This document shows, in pieces, positions 32,232-41,814 of a stretch of 64,000 nucleotides of DNA. Position 1 is the stretch's first letter; every line of letters begins with the position of its first letter. A model generated the notes under the pieces. It was given only the letters and a program-made list of their open reading frames with translations. It did no database searches and was not told the origin of the DNA. The DNA comes from a virus (lineage: Duplodnaviria; Caudoviricetes), in the IMG/VR virus record IMGVR_UViG_3300043427_002668; one strand, given 5' to 3'. A program made the translations under genes and the position numbers.

Positions 32232-32552
32232 ATGAAATCTTTCAAGCAATTTATCTCAGAATCGGTTAATATTGCTGGTGATTTCACAGGAAATCTTTAT
32301 ATTAATTCTCAACCAGAACCACAACAACAAGTTGGTGAAGAATATGTTGCGGACATAATCTGGGAAGGGAACTTATATCGTTTAGAGTTAATTACTAAAA
32401 ACGGAATTCCATCTACTAGAGAACTTGGTGAACAGTTGCAATCCAATTATCCTGGTGCAATCGTTCATCAAATTTATCCGGTGATAGAAAAGAATTTAAA
32501 CATAAAGAACGCGCAGAGATATCATCCATCAAAATTGGAATGGATTGATTGA
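32232..32552 (+). CDS. Hypothetical protein with a capsid-targeting-like leader
   Basis: True start is the ATG at 32232 (MKSFKQFISE), which resembles the T4 internal-protein leader MKTYQEFIAE. Confidence 0.8.
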   Translation: MKSFKQFISESVNIAGDFTGNLYINSQPEPQQQVGEEYVADIIWEGNLYRLELITKNGIPSTRELGEQLQSNYPGAIVHQIYPVIEKNLNIKNAQRYHPSKLEWID

Positions 32553-32554
32553 TT

Positions 32555-33286
32555 ATGGGGTTTAAAAGCTATATTTGGGATGAACAATTTGATTTAAATG
32601 TTGCTCTTGGTAGAGTTCGTGGTGCATCATCTATTCATAAGTTTGGAGCTACTCCTCTACAGTCAAATAACACTACAGCAACTGTATGGGATAAACCAGA
32701 TACTCTATATCCATGGACAGCATTTAACACTCCAGGAGTTCTCGTTGCAGGACAAGCAAATGCATCCGATGATGGTAAGCAAGTTACTATTATTGGGTTA
32801 GATGAAAATTGGAACGAAATAACAGAAATTTTTACTCTATCCAGCGCAGCAACGGTATCCGGAACTAAAACATTCAAAAGAGTTTATCGTGGTTATGTTT
32901 CTAGTGGTGGACAAAATATAGGAAATGTTAGTTTTAATAGAGATGGAACTGAGGTTCTTAGAATTACTGCAGGTCTTGGTCAAACTTTAATGTCAATATA
33001 CAGTGTTCCTGCAGGATACACTGCTTTTCTTTATCAAGGAACAGCATCTACTCAAGTTGGTGCTGATGGGACTGGATTTATGTACGTAAGATATACTGAC
33101 GAAACTGTATTTAGAGTTGGGCATACATTTGAGGTTGATGGTTCTGGCGGACAATATTTTTATAAATTTGCATTTCCTCAAAGGATACCAGAAAAGAGTG
33201 ACGTAGATATTCGAATTACAAGTAGATCTAATAATGGAAGATTTACTGCGGCATTTGATATACTTTTAATCAAAAATGAATTATGA
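32555..33286 (+). CDS. Hypothetical beta-rich protein, probably virion-associated
   Basis: Long ORF in the head-assembly cluster with Gly/Thr-rich composition; no recognised family. Confidence 0.7.
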   Translation: MGFKSYIWDEQFDLNVALGRVRGASSIHKFGATPLQSNNTTATVWDKPDTLYPWTAFNTPGVLVAGQANASDDGKQVTIIGLDENWNEITEIFTLSSAATVSGTKTFKRVYRGYVSSGGQNIGNVSFNRDGTEVLRITAGLGQTLMSIYSVPAGYTAFLYQGTASTQVGADGTGFMYVRYTDETVFRVGHTFEVDGSGGQYFYKFAFPQRIPEKSDVDIRITSRSNNGRFTAAFDILLIKNEL

Positions 33287-33329
33287 GAGATAATTCAAAT
33301 AATAAATAACTAATAATAATCATATACAA

Positions 33330-33596
33330 ATGCAAAGGACAAAAGTATTTGAAACTGAAGAGGCAACTGGTTCTTCGGCGGGTGCGGCAACTAGTATTAG
33401 TAATGCCACTTGCATCAGATTGCATAATACAACTTCTGGTATTGTTACAGTTGGTGTTTCAACGATTGTTGGAGCAGCAACTACAATTTATTTTTCTATG
33501 CCAGGAAACTCGGTTGAGTTTTTAGAAAAACTCCCAACAGATGTTATTTGGACATCTTCAGCAATTAAGGCATCAAAAGTAGGATTTACCAACTAA
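33330..33596 (+). CDS. Small hypothetical protein upstream of gp21
   Basis: Preceded by ATAAATA (33302-33308); beta-strand-like S/T/G composition. Confidence 0.75.
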   Translation: MQRTKVFETEEATGSSAGAATSISNATCIRLHNTTSGIVTVGVSTIVGAATTIYFSMPGNSVEFLEKLPTDVIWTSSAIKASKVGFTN

Positions 33597-33600
33597 GAAA

Positions 33601-34251
33601 ATGAAACTTATCACCGAAGAAATAGAATCAGTAGAAGTTATTACCGAAGAAAAGAACGGTCAAAAAACTCTTTATATTCAAGGTCCTTTTCTACAAACTG
33701 AAGTTGTAAACAGGAATGGTAGAATGTACCGTATGCCTGTTATGGAAAGGGAAGTACGGCGTTATACAGAACAGTATGTAAATAAAGGTCGTGCTCTTGG
33801 TGAATTAGGGCATCCAGATGGGCCAACTGTAAATTTGGATCGTGTTTCTCATAAGATTGTTGAACTTCGTCGTGAGGGAAATAACTTCATTGGTAAGGCA
33901 CAAATTCTTTCTACCCCAATGGGTAAGATTGCAGAATCACTTCTTAAAGAAGGAGTGACTCTGGGAGTTTCTTCTCGCGGTATTGGTTCGGTGAGACCAA
34001 CAAGAGAGGGATATACTGAAGTTGGCGAAGACTTTATGTTAGCAACTGCTGCTGATATTGTTGCCGATCCTTCTGCTCCCGATGCATTCGTTCAAGGAAT
34101 TATGGAAGGCAAAGAATGGGTATGGGATGGTGGAATGCTAAGAGAAAGGGTAGCGGAAAACACTAAACGTAGAATAAATACTCTAGTTGATGAGGGTATT
34201 TTAGAAGAGTATAAATTATCTCTCTTCATCGAGTTCTTAAACTCATTGTAA
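33601..34251 (+). CDS. gp21: Prohead protease gp21
   Basis: NRNGRMY, RALGELGHPDGPTVNLDRVSH, LGVSSRGIGS, DIVADPSAPDAFV. Confidence 0.97.
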   Translation: MKLITEEIESVEVITEEKNGQKTLYIQGPFLQTEVVNRNGRMYRMPVMEREVRRYTEQYVNKGRALGELGHPDGPTVNLDRVSHKIVELRREGNNFIGKAQILSTPMGKIAESLLKEGVTLGVSSRGIGSVRPTREGYTEVGEDFMLATAADIVADPSAPDAFVQGIMEGKEWVWDGGMLRERVAENTKRRINTLVDEGILEEYKLSLFIEFLNSL

Positions 34252-34261
34252 TTTATTAAAT

Positions 34262-34269
34262 TATAAATA
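34262..34269 (+). promoter_or_regulatory. T4 late promoter TATAAATA
   Basis: Exact consensus upstream of gp22. Confidence 0.85.
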
Positions 34270-34307
34270 AATATAGTTTATAACTAAAGGTTAAACGGAG
34301 AGTTCAA

Positions 34308-35468
34308 ATGTCTCGTGGAGATTTACAAGAAATGGAAGTAGGCACAAAGCAATCCAGAACCGCTGTTAATGCAAATGCAAAAGCGGCAGACGCGATGCCA
34401 AAACTATCAGGCAATATTCCTGATGGTCAAACAGCAGGTTGGGAAGATCTTGGTGGCCCAACGCCAGAAAATTATAAGTCTGATGATGATTCAGCAAAAC
34501 TCAAAACACCAGGATCAACTCTTAAGCAAGTTAAGGATGTTGTAAATAAGGGTGCTGGTGCTGCTGATGCAATGAAAGGAATGAAAGAGGAAGAAGAACT
34601 CGAAGATGAGGACCTCATCGAAGAAGAAACCGAAGAAGAGGAAATCGTAGAAGCTAAGGAAGAAGAAGAGGAAGAAGAGGGCGGTAAGAAAAAAGAGGAA
34701 GAAGAAAAGGAAGAAGAGGGCGGTAAGAAGAAAATGGAAGAAGAGTTTGACATCGAAGAAGATGTTAATGCTCTTCTAGAAGGTGAAGAACTCTCAGAAG
34801 AGTTCCAAGAGAAGGCACGTATTATCTTCGAAGCTGCTATTAATTCTAGAGTTTCTCAAATTCAAGAAGCAATCGAAGAGCAATATGCAAATGCTCTTGC
34901 TGAAGAAGTTGCAGAAATTAAGTCTCAACTTTCTGAGCGTGTAGACGCTTATCTTGAGTATGTTGCTGATGAGTGGATGCAAGAAAATTCACTCGTTATC
35001 GAACAAGGTCTTAAGACCGAAATGACCGAATCATTCCTCCAAGGAATGAAGGGTCTTTTTGAAGAACATTATGTATCAATCCCTGAAGATAAATATGATG
35101 TGCTTGAGAGCATGGTAGAAAAACTTGATGAAATGGAGACAAAACTCAACGAGCAAATCGAAAAGAATGTTTCCCTAAACAAGCGTCTCGCAGAGGCGGT
35201 TGCGGATGGAATCTTTGAACAAGTCACTGAAGGTCTTGCAGACACTCAGAAAGACAAGCTCGCTTCACTTGCCGAAAGTGTTGAGTTTGAAAGTGAAGAA
35301 GAATATCGTGAAAAACTGGAGACTTTGAAGGAATCATATTTCCCTTCAAGAGTTGTTTCTCCAAAAACTAAAGCAGATACTCTTTCAGAAGGAGTAAGCT
35401 CTGATTATGAGTCACACTCACCATCAATGGCTGCTTATCTCAAGAGTCTCTCAGCATTTAGTAAATAA
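34308..35468 (+). CDS. gp22: Prohead scaffold protein gp22
   Basis: Highly acidic coiled-coil; LSEEFQEKARIIFEAA and YLEYVADEW motifs; lies between gp21 and gp23. Confidence 0.93.
   Translation: MSRGDLQEMEVGTKQSRTAVNANAKAADAMPKLSGNIPDGQTAGWEDLGGPTPENYKSDDDSAKLKTPGSTLKQVKDVVNKGAGAADAMKGMKEEEELEDEDLIEEETEEEEIVEAKEEEEEEEGGKKKEEEEKEEEGGKKKMEEEFDIEEDVNALLEGEELSEEFQEKARIIFEAAINSRVSQIQEAIEEQYANALAEEVAEIKSQLSERVDAYLEYVADEWMQENSLVIEQGLKTEMTESFLQGMKGLFEEHYVSIPEDKYDVLESMVEKLDEMETKLNEQIEKNVSLNKRLAEAVADGIFEQVTEGLADTQKDKLASLAESVEFESEEEYREKLETLKESYFPSRVVSPKTKADTLSEGVSSDYESHSPSMAAYLKSLSAFSK
34670..34729 (+). repeat. Direct repeat GAAGAAGAGGGCGGTAAGAA x2 (39-nt period) in the poly-Glu/Lys tract of gp22
   Basis: Read directly; encodes EEEGGKK twice. 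Confidence 0.85.
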
Positions 35469-35528
35469 TTGAATTTAATATAATTCAAACCCAAAAAACA
35501 AACACTTAGTAAACAAAGGTAAACGCAA

Positions 35529-36962
35529 ATGTTTCATTCAGAACATCTGCAGGAAAAGTGGGCACCTCTCTTAGACTATCAGGGTCTTGATCCAATCAAA
35601 GATTCTCATCGTAGAGCTGTAACCGCTGTCCTGCTCGAAAACCAAGAAAAATTCCTCAGAGAGCAAAGTGCATTTGAGCACGGTTCCATGAATATGCTCA
35701 TGGAAGCTCCAACCAATAGTGGTAACGCTGCTGGTGCATCAGGTGCATTTGGTGGTAGTGCTGCTGCAGGTGGTCCTACCGCAGGTTTTGATCCAGTTCT
35801 AATTTCACTCATTCGCCGTTCAATGCCTAACCTGGTCGCTTATGACCTGGCTGGCGTTCAACCAATGAGTGGTCCTACTGGACTCATCTTCGCAATGCGC
35901 TCACGCTACACCAATCAAAGTGGCACCGAGACCTTCTACAATGAAGTAGATTCTTCATTCTCAGGTCAGGATGCTGGGTTTGACGTTACTGCTGGTTTCG
36001 CACAAACCTCAACTGGTATTGGTACTACCACTCAGAGAGGCGATAACCCATCTGTCCTCAACGCTGCTTCAGTTGCTGCTGGTGACTATAACGTCGGTAG
36101 CGGAATGCCAACAGGCGATTCAGAGAACCTTGATGGTACCGGAAGCAATGCTTTCAACCAGATGGCATTCTCAATTGAGAAAGTCACGGTTACTGCAAAG
36201 TCACGCGCTCTGAAAGCCGAGTACTCACTTGAGCTCGCTCAAGACCTTAAAGCAATCCACGGTCTGAATGCTGAAGCGGAATTAGCAAACATTCTCTCAA
36301 CTGAGATTCTTGCTGAGATCAACCGCGAAGTTATTCGTACCATTTACATGGTTGCTGAAAAGGGTGCTTCCCAGAACGTTGCTACCGCTGGTGTATTTGA
36401 CCTCGACGTTGACTCCAATGGTCGTTGGTCGGTTGAAAAGTTCAAGGGTCTTCTGTTCCAAATTGAGAGAGATGCTAACGCTATCGCTCAAAGAACTCGT
36501 AGAGGAAAGGGCAACATCATCATGTGCTCTGCTGACGTTGCTTCAGCACTGACCATGGCTGGTGTTCTCGACTACACCCCTGCACTCAACGCTAATCTCC
36601 AGGTAGACGACACTGGCAACACCTTTGCTGGTACTCTGATGGGTAAGTATCGCGTATATATCGATCCTTATTCAGCAAACCTCACCGCAGCTAATGGTGC
36701 TCCAACAGGTGGCAACCAGTACTACGTTGTTGGTTATAAGGGTTCTTCACCTTATGACGCTGGACTCTTCTATTGTCCTTATGTTCCTCTCCAAATGGTT
36801 CGTGCCGTTGGCGAGAACTCCTTCCAGCCCAAGATTGGCTTCAAGACCCGTTATGGTCTCGTTGCTAACCCATTCGCAGAAGGAACCACTCAGGGTCTTG
36901 GTCGTCTCACAACCAACAGCAACCGCTACTACAGAAGAGTTGCTGTTAAGAACCTCATGTGA
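35529..36962 (+). CDS. gp23: Major capsid protein gp23
   Basis: DPVLISLIRR, GVQPMSGPTGLIFAMR, KSRALKAEYSLELAQDLKAIHGL, FQPKIGFKTRYG. Confidence 0.98.
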   Translation: MFHSEHLQEKWAPLLDYQGLDPIKDSHRRAVTAVLLENQEKFLREQSAFEHGSMNMLMEAPTNSGNAAGASGAFGGSAAAGGPTAGFDPVLISLIRRSMPNLVAYDLAGVQPMSGPTGLIFAMRSRYTNQSGTETFYNEVDSSFSGQDAGFDVTAGFAQTSTGIGTTTQRGDNPSVLNAASVAAGDYNVGSGMPTGDSENLDGTGSNAFNQMAFSIEKVTVTAKSRALKAEYSLELAQDLKAIHGLNAEAELANILSTEILAEINREVIRTIYMVAEKGASQNVATAGVFDLDVDSNGRWSVEKFKGLLFQIERDANAIAQRTRRGKGNIIMCSADVASALTMAGVLDYTPALNANLQVDDTGNTFAGTLMGKYRVYIDPYSANLTAANGAPTGGNQYYVVGYKGSSPYDAGLFYCPYVPLQMVRAVGENSFQPKIGFKTRYGLVANPFAEGTTQGLGRLTTNSNRYYRRVAVKNLM

Positions 36963-36984
36963 GTCATTTCACATAAATTACTCA

Positions 36985-37009
36985 GAGACCCGAAAGGGTC
37001 TCTTTTTTT
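36985..37009 (+). terminator. Rho-independent terminator after gp23
   Basis: GAGACCC-GAAA-GGGTCTC hairpin followed by a T-run. Confidence 0.92.
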
Positions 37010-37011
37010 AT

Positions 37012-37018
37012 CTAAATA
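37012..37018 (+). promoter_or_regulatory. Late promoter variant CTAAATA upstream of gp3
   Basis: Immediately after the gp23 terminator, 11 nt before the ATG. Confidence 0.55.
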
Positions 37019-37029
37019 CTTAAAAAAAG

Positions 37030-37587
37030 ATGACTAGAGGACAGATTGAGAATAGAAATTATCTATCTCCAACAGGGTTTAAATTCTCTTTGGTAAGAGA
37101 ACCTAAGGTTGCTTTTTTTTGTAATCAGGCAAATATACCAGATTTAAATCTTGGAGTTGCTACTCAACCCTCATACACAAAAATGCTCCCAACTCCAGGA
37201 GACATTATTGAGTTTGGAGATTTAAATTTACGTTTTCTTGTTGATGAAAATCTTGAGAATTATATGGCAATTCAAAATTGGATACGTGGTCTTGGATTCC
37301 CAGAAAGGTTGGAGCAATTTGGTGAACTAGAAAGACAAGGAATGGCGAGAGGTAATTATGTAAAAGATAGACAAAATATTTACTCTGATGGAACTTTACA
37401 GGTTCTTACAAGTAGTCAAGTTCCAAATTTTAAAATAATTTTTAAGGATTTATTTCCATATACTTTATCAACTCTAACTTTTGATGCAACAGATACAGAT
37501 ATTCAGTACTTTACTGCAGAGGTTAGTTTCAAGTATACTATCTATGATATAGTAGATTTGAGCGGAAACCCATTATATGGATATTAG
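37030..37587 (+). CDS. gp3: Tail tube terminator/completion protein gp3
   Basis: NYLSPTGFKF, FFCNQANIP, LRFLVDENLENY..IQNWIRGLG; synteny. Confidence 0.88.
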   Translation: MTRGQIENRNYLSPTGFKFSLVREPKVAFFCNQANIPDLNLGVATQPSYTKMLPTPGDIIEFGDLNLRFLVDENLENYMAIQNWIRGLGFPERLEQFGELERQGMARGNYVKDRQNIYSDGTLQVLTSSQVPNFKIIFKDLFPYTLSTLTFDATDTDIQYFTAEVSFKYTIYDIVDLSGNPLYGY

Positions 37588-38014
37588 TCTTGATAAAATT
37601 CAGGAGATGTGGGAGAAAGATTCCAACATTGACATTGACAATTTACATACGGAATCTTTAAATATTCCAATTCTCCACGCAAAATATTTTGATTTATATA
37701 ATACAATATTTCTTTTGAGAAAAAAGGCGGAGCAGCAAAAAAGAAATATAAGACATGAAAGATACGAATATTATTCGGGAAAAGCAGATCCAGATGTATA
37801 TGTAGAAAATCCATTTCCAAAGAAAATTAGGGATAAAGATACAATGCAAAAATATCTTGATGCGGATGAAAAACTTTCTACGGTATGTTTGAAAATTGAT
37901 TATTATGATACAATGCTTGTTTATATTGAGAGTATTCTCAAAATGATTCAAAACAGAACTTATCAAATCAAAAATTCTATTGAATTTATGCGATTTAACT
38001 CTGGATTGGGGTAA
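37577..38014 (+). CDS. uvsY: Recombination mediator UvsY
   Basis: ESLNIPILHAKY, RYEYYSGKADP, IQNRTYQIKNSIEF; precedes uvsW. Confidence 0.88.
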   Translation: MDISLDKIQEMWEKDSNIDIDNLHTESLNIPILHAKYFDLYNTIFLLRKKAEQQKRNIRHERYEYYSGKADPDVYVENPFPKKIRDKDTMQKYLDADEKLSTVCLKIDYYDTMLVYIESILKMIQNRTYQIKNSIEFMRFNSGLG

Positions 38015-38041
38015 ATAAATACTCATAGCATGATGAATGTT

Positions 38042-39514
38042 ATGAGTGACGTAATTATTGAAAAGAAAAATGAAGTCTTCGTAAAACTTCAATGTGAACC
38101 ACACATTCTATACGAACTTCAACCATATTTTACCTTTGAGGTTGAGTCTGCAAAATTCATGTCTCAGTATAGAAGCAGACACTGGGATGGAAAGATCAGA
38201 CTCTTAAGCACTCATACTGGAGAGATTTACGTCGGACTACTTGATAAAGTCATCGATAAACTTTCTCTGCATAATTATACTTACGAATTTAGAGAAAATA
38301 AATTCTACGGGCAACCATATGAGATCAATGAAACCATCTCATATGAAGGTGTCAAGGATTATATGAGCTCCATATGTTCTCATTCTCCCAGACAATACCA
38401 AATTGAGGGAGTATATGATGCTCTAAGACACAACCGAAAACTGCTGATATCACCAACTGCCTCAGGCAAATCTCTGATGATTTATTCAATCGTGAGATAT
38501 TATGTAGATAAAGGGCAAAAAATTCTTTTAGTTGTTCCAACGACATCTCTTGTAGAGCAGATGTATAAGGATTTTCAGGATTATGGTTGGGATGCTGAGT
38601 CATACTGTCACAGAATTTATTCAGGTAGAGAAAAGACGAATGAGTATCCCGTTACAATTACCACTTGGCAATCAGTATACAAATTAGAACGTTCATTCTT
38701 TGAAGATTATAATGTAATTATAGGAGATGAAGCTCATCTATTCAAGAGCAAGTCACTTGTTGAAATCATGACGAAACTTCATCATGCAAAGTATCGGTTT
38801 GGATTTACAGGAACTCTTGACGGAACTCAAACTCATAAATGGGTTCTAGAAGGATTGTTTGGTCCATCATACAAAGTCACAAAGACTGATGAACTAATGC
38901 GTCAAGGACATCTCTCTCAATTAGATATTCAATGTATTGTTCTGAAGCATCCTCCACAAAAATTTGAAAAGTATGAGGATGAAATTCAATATCTCATTTC
39001 CCACGATCAAAGAAATAAATTTATTACCAACCTTACTCTTGATTTAAAAGGAAATACTCTTGTCCTGTTTTCTAGAGTAGAAGCACACGGATCAATACTC
39101 TATGAAAAGATAAATAACAATAAGCGAGATGATCGTAAAGTATTTTTCATTCATGGTGGAGTTGATACTGAAGAAAGAGAATTAGTCAGAGAAATTACTG
39201 AAAGAGAAAACAATGCAGTCATTGTAGCTTCTTATGGAACTTTCTCTACAGGTATTAATATTAAAAATCTACACAATGTAATTTTTGCTTCCCCAAGCAA
39301 ATCAAGGATTCGCAATCTTCAGTCAATCGGAAGAGTTTTAAGAAAGGGAAAAAACAAAACAAAAGCAGTTCTTTATGATATTGCTGATGATTGCACTTAC
39401 AACTCAAGGAAAAACTATACCCTTAATCACCTCATAGAAAGAATTAAAATCTATAATGAAGAAAACTTTAACTATGAAATAATCACTATACAACTTAAGA
39501 AAAATGGGAATTGA
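38042..39514 (+). CDS. uvsW: DNA helicase UvsW
   Basis: WDGKIRL, SPTASGKS (Walker A), GDEAH, QSIGRVLR. The start could also be 38030. Confidence 0.95.
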   Translation: MSDVIIEKKNEVFVKLQCEPHILYELQPYFTFEVESAKFMSQYRSRHWDGKIRLLSTHTGEIYVGLLDKVIDKLSLHNYTYEFRENKFYGQPYEINETISYEGVKDYMSSICSHSPRQYQIEGVYDALRHNRKLLISPTASGKSLMIYSIVRYYVDKGQKILLVVPTTSLVEQMYKDFQDYGWDAESYCHRIYSGREKTNEYPVTITTWQSVYKLERSFFEDYNVIIGDEAHLFKSKSLVEIMTKLHHAKYRFGFTGTLDGTQTHKWVLEGLFGPSYKVTKTDELMRQGHLSQLDIQCIVLKHPPQKFEKYEDEIQYLISHDQRNKFITNLTLDLKGNTLVLFSRVEAHGSILYEKINNNKRDDRKVFFIHGGVDTEERELVREITERENNAVIVASYGTFSTGINIKNLHNVIFASPSKSRIRNLQSIGRVLRKGKNKTKAVLYDIADDCTYNSRKNYTLNHLIERIKIYNEENFNYEIITIQLKKNGN

Positions 39515-39899
39515 AGAAGACTTTTATGCAACACTCAAACTAAAGACTGGTGAAGAAATCTTTGCTAAAGTAGCAGCTTCTGAAGAAGAAGATAGAACAA
39601 TTTTAATTGTTTCTAATCCAATCACTGTATGCGAACTTAAAGGAAGAAATGGAATAGTTGGATATAAAATAGAACCTTGGTTAAAAACAACCACTGAAGA
39701 TATGTTTATTTTAAATTTAAATGATATTTTAACTATGTCTGAATCTTCAGACATTGAAATGATAATGATGTATCAAAACTATATACGTCAATCCTCTAAA
39801 GAAGGAAGCAATCATTCCCAAATTACTCGCAGAATGGGATACATTGCTAATGTCAATGACGCTAAGGAAATCTTAGAGAAACTCTATAAAAATAGCTAA
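39504..39899 (+). CDS. Conserved hypothetical protein, predicted Sm-like fold
   Basis: LKLKTGEEIFAKV...NPITV...EPWL pattern; lies between uvsW and gp55. Confidence 0.7.
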   Translation: MGIEEDFYATLKLKTGEEIFAKVAASEEEDRTILIVSNPITVCELKGRNGIVGYKIEPWLKTTTEDMFILNLNDILTMSESSDIEMIMMYQNYIRQSSKEGSNHSQITRRMGYIANVNDAKEILEKLYKNS

Positions 39900-39949
39900 G
39901 CCCATCCTTTCAACCCCGACAAAGGTTATTGTACTGAGGTTTAAGAGTC

Positions 39950-39978
39950 TTGTCAAGCATTTCTATGAGTGTTATAAT
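39950..39978 (+). promoter_or_regulatory. Sigma70-type promoter upstream of gp55
   Basis: TTGTCA-17 nt-TATAAT. Confidence 0.8.
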
Positions 39979-40003
39979 ACCTACATATTAATGATAAAAA
40001 CTT

Positions 40004-40498
40004 ATGATAACCACAGCAGTCATGACCAAAAGAAAGAGGTCAGAGCATTATGTAAACAACAAAGAGTTTCTTGCTGCTCTAATTAAGTATCGTGAGGATA
40101 TTGAAATCGCACAACTTCAGGACAAACCAAAACCCCCTATTCCCCGCTACATTGGTGAGTGCTTCTTGAAGATCGCAAATCATCTCTCCTTTAAGCCCAA
40201 CTTTGTAAATTACATGTTTAAGGAAGACATGATTTCCGATGGGATTGAAAATTGCGTTCAGTATATTCACAACTTCAATCCTGAGAAGTCACAAAACCCG
40301 TTTGCTTACTTCACCCAAATCATTCACTACGCTTTCCTTCGTCGTATTCAAAGAGAGAAGCGTCAGTTAGAAATCAAAAACAAAATTCTTGAGCGTTCAG
40401 GATATTCTGAGGTTTTTGATGACAACAGTATTGACGGATCCAACTACAGCGACTATAATAGCATTAAAGATGCAGTGCATTCTAAACTTCGTTATTGA
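40004..40498 (+). CDS. gp55: Late-transcription sigma factor gp55
   Basis: HYVNNKEF, IGECFLKIANHLS..PNFVNY, NPFAYFTQIIHYAFLRRI. Confidence 0.96.
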   Translation: MITTAVMTKRKRSEHYVNNKEFLAALIKYREDIEIAQLQDKPKPPIPRYIGECFLKIANHLSFKPNFVNYMFKEDMISDGIENCVQYIHNFNPEKSQNPFAYFTQIIHYAFLRRIQREKRQLEIKNKILERSGYSEVFDDNSIDGSNYSDYNSIKDAVHSKLRY

Positions 40499-41539
40499 AT
40501 GAAAGTCGCTATTATCACGGATCAGCATTTCGGTGCAAGAAAAAACTCAAAACTTTTTCACGATTATTTTCTGAAGTTCTACAATGATGTATTTTTCCCG
40601 ACGCTGGAACAGTACGGGATTACCACAGTCATTGATATGGGCGATACATTTGATAGTCGTAAAGGTATTGATTTTTCAGCACTTTCATGGGCTAAAAATC
40701 ATTACTATGATAGACTCCAAGAAATGGGAGTAAAAATTCACACTATTGTAGGAAATCATACTGCTTATTATAAGAATACAAACGAAGTAAATGCTGTGGA
40801 TTTACTTCTTCGTGAGTACGATAATGTAACAGTTTATTCGGAACCAACTGAGATTTTTTTGGATAAACTCAAAGTACTTTTTATACCCTGGATTAATCAG
40901 GAAAATGAAGAAAAGACTCTCAAACTCATTCAAAAGACAACTTGCCCTTGCGCGATGGGACACCTTGAACTTCATGGATTTAGAGTCAATCGACAAATCG
41001 TTATGGAACATGGTTTGGATAGCAAGTTATTTGAGAAGTTTAAGCGTGTCTACTCAGGTCACTATCACACTAGATCGACTAATGGAACCGTCTTCTACTT
41101 AGGAAATCCTTATGAGATTTATTGGACGGATGTAGGTGATACTCGCGGGTTTACTATCTTTGATACTGAAACTCTAGAGCACGAACCAATCAATAATCCT
41201 TATAGAATGTTCCACAACATTTACTATGAGGATACTAATTATCAAACTTTTGATACGCGAGATTATGAAAATAAAATCGTAAAAGTTGTTGTCCGAAAAA
41301 AGACAGATACTAAAAAGTTTGAGAAGTTCATTGATAAACTTTATTCCTCTAATATTGCTGAACTTAAGATTGTTGAAAATTTTGAGATTCAAGAATCTGC
41401 AGATTTTGAAGCATTTGAATCAGAAGATACACTTTCAATTCTGAATAGATATATTGAGGAGGCAGAAGTCAATCTTGATAAATCTGTAGTTCAAAAAATA
41501 CTTCAAGAAGTTTATCAAGAAGCATGTGAATTAGTTTAA
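40499..41539 (+). CDS. gp47: Recombination endonuclease subunit gp47 (Mre11/SbcD-like)
   Basis: ITDQHFG, MGDTFD, VGNH, GHL, SGHYH metallophosphoesterase motifs. Confidence 0.96.
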   Translation: MKVAIITDQHFGARKNSKLFHDYFLKFYNDVFFPTLEQYGITTVIDMGDTFDSRKGIDFSALSWAKNHYYDRLQEMGVKIHTIVGNHTAYYKNTNEVNAVDLLLREYDNVTVYSEPTEIFLDKLKVLFIPWINQENEEKTLKLIQKTTCPCAMGHLELHGFRVNRQIVMEHGLDSKLFEKFKRVYSGHYHTRSTNGTVFYLGNPYEIYWTDVGDTRGFTIFDTETLEHEPINNPYRMFHNIYYEDTNYQTFDTRDYENKIVKVVVRKKTDTKKFEKFIDKLYSSNIAELKIVENFEIQESADFEAFESEDTLSILNRYIEEAEVNLDKSVVQKILQEVYQEACELV

Positions 41540-41814
41540 TGTTTATTCTAACAATTAACGGCAGAGAAACTGAAGGTGCATATTCTGTAATGGATGATGA
41601 GGGAGAACATATCCTTTATCTTTTTCAAGAAGAAGATGATGCAACACGATATGCTATGATGTTAGAAGAAGATGGATATCCAGAAATGCACGTAATTGAA
41701 ATTGAAGATGAAGTTATGATAAAAACTTGTGAACTTCATGGATATCAATATACATTAATTACTCCAGATGACATTGTTATTCCTCCAAGTAATGTGACTC
41801 ATGATTTTATTTAA
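41539..41814 (+). CDS. DUF3110-like protein
   Basis: EG.....LF..EDDATRYA..LE pattern recalled from cyanobacterial DUF3110 proteins. Confidence 0.6.
   Translation: MFILTINGRETEGAYSVMDDEGEHILYLFQEEDDATRYAMMLEEDGYPEMHVIEIEDEVMIKTCELHGYQYTLITPDDIVIPPSNVTHDFI

Noticed and set aside
34590-34745. Poly-GAA tract as a functional DNA repeat
   Set aside because: Explained by the Glu/Lys-rich low-complexity segment usual in gp22 scaffolds.
39900-39955. Possible ncRNA upstream of gp55
   Set aside because: Only a 5-bp stem (CCTTT/AAAGG) is visible; too weak to call without covariation data.
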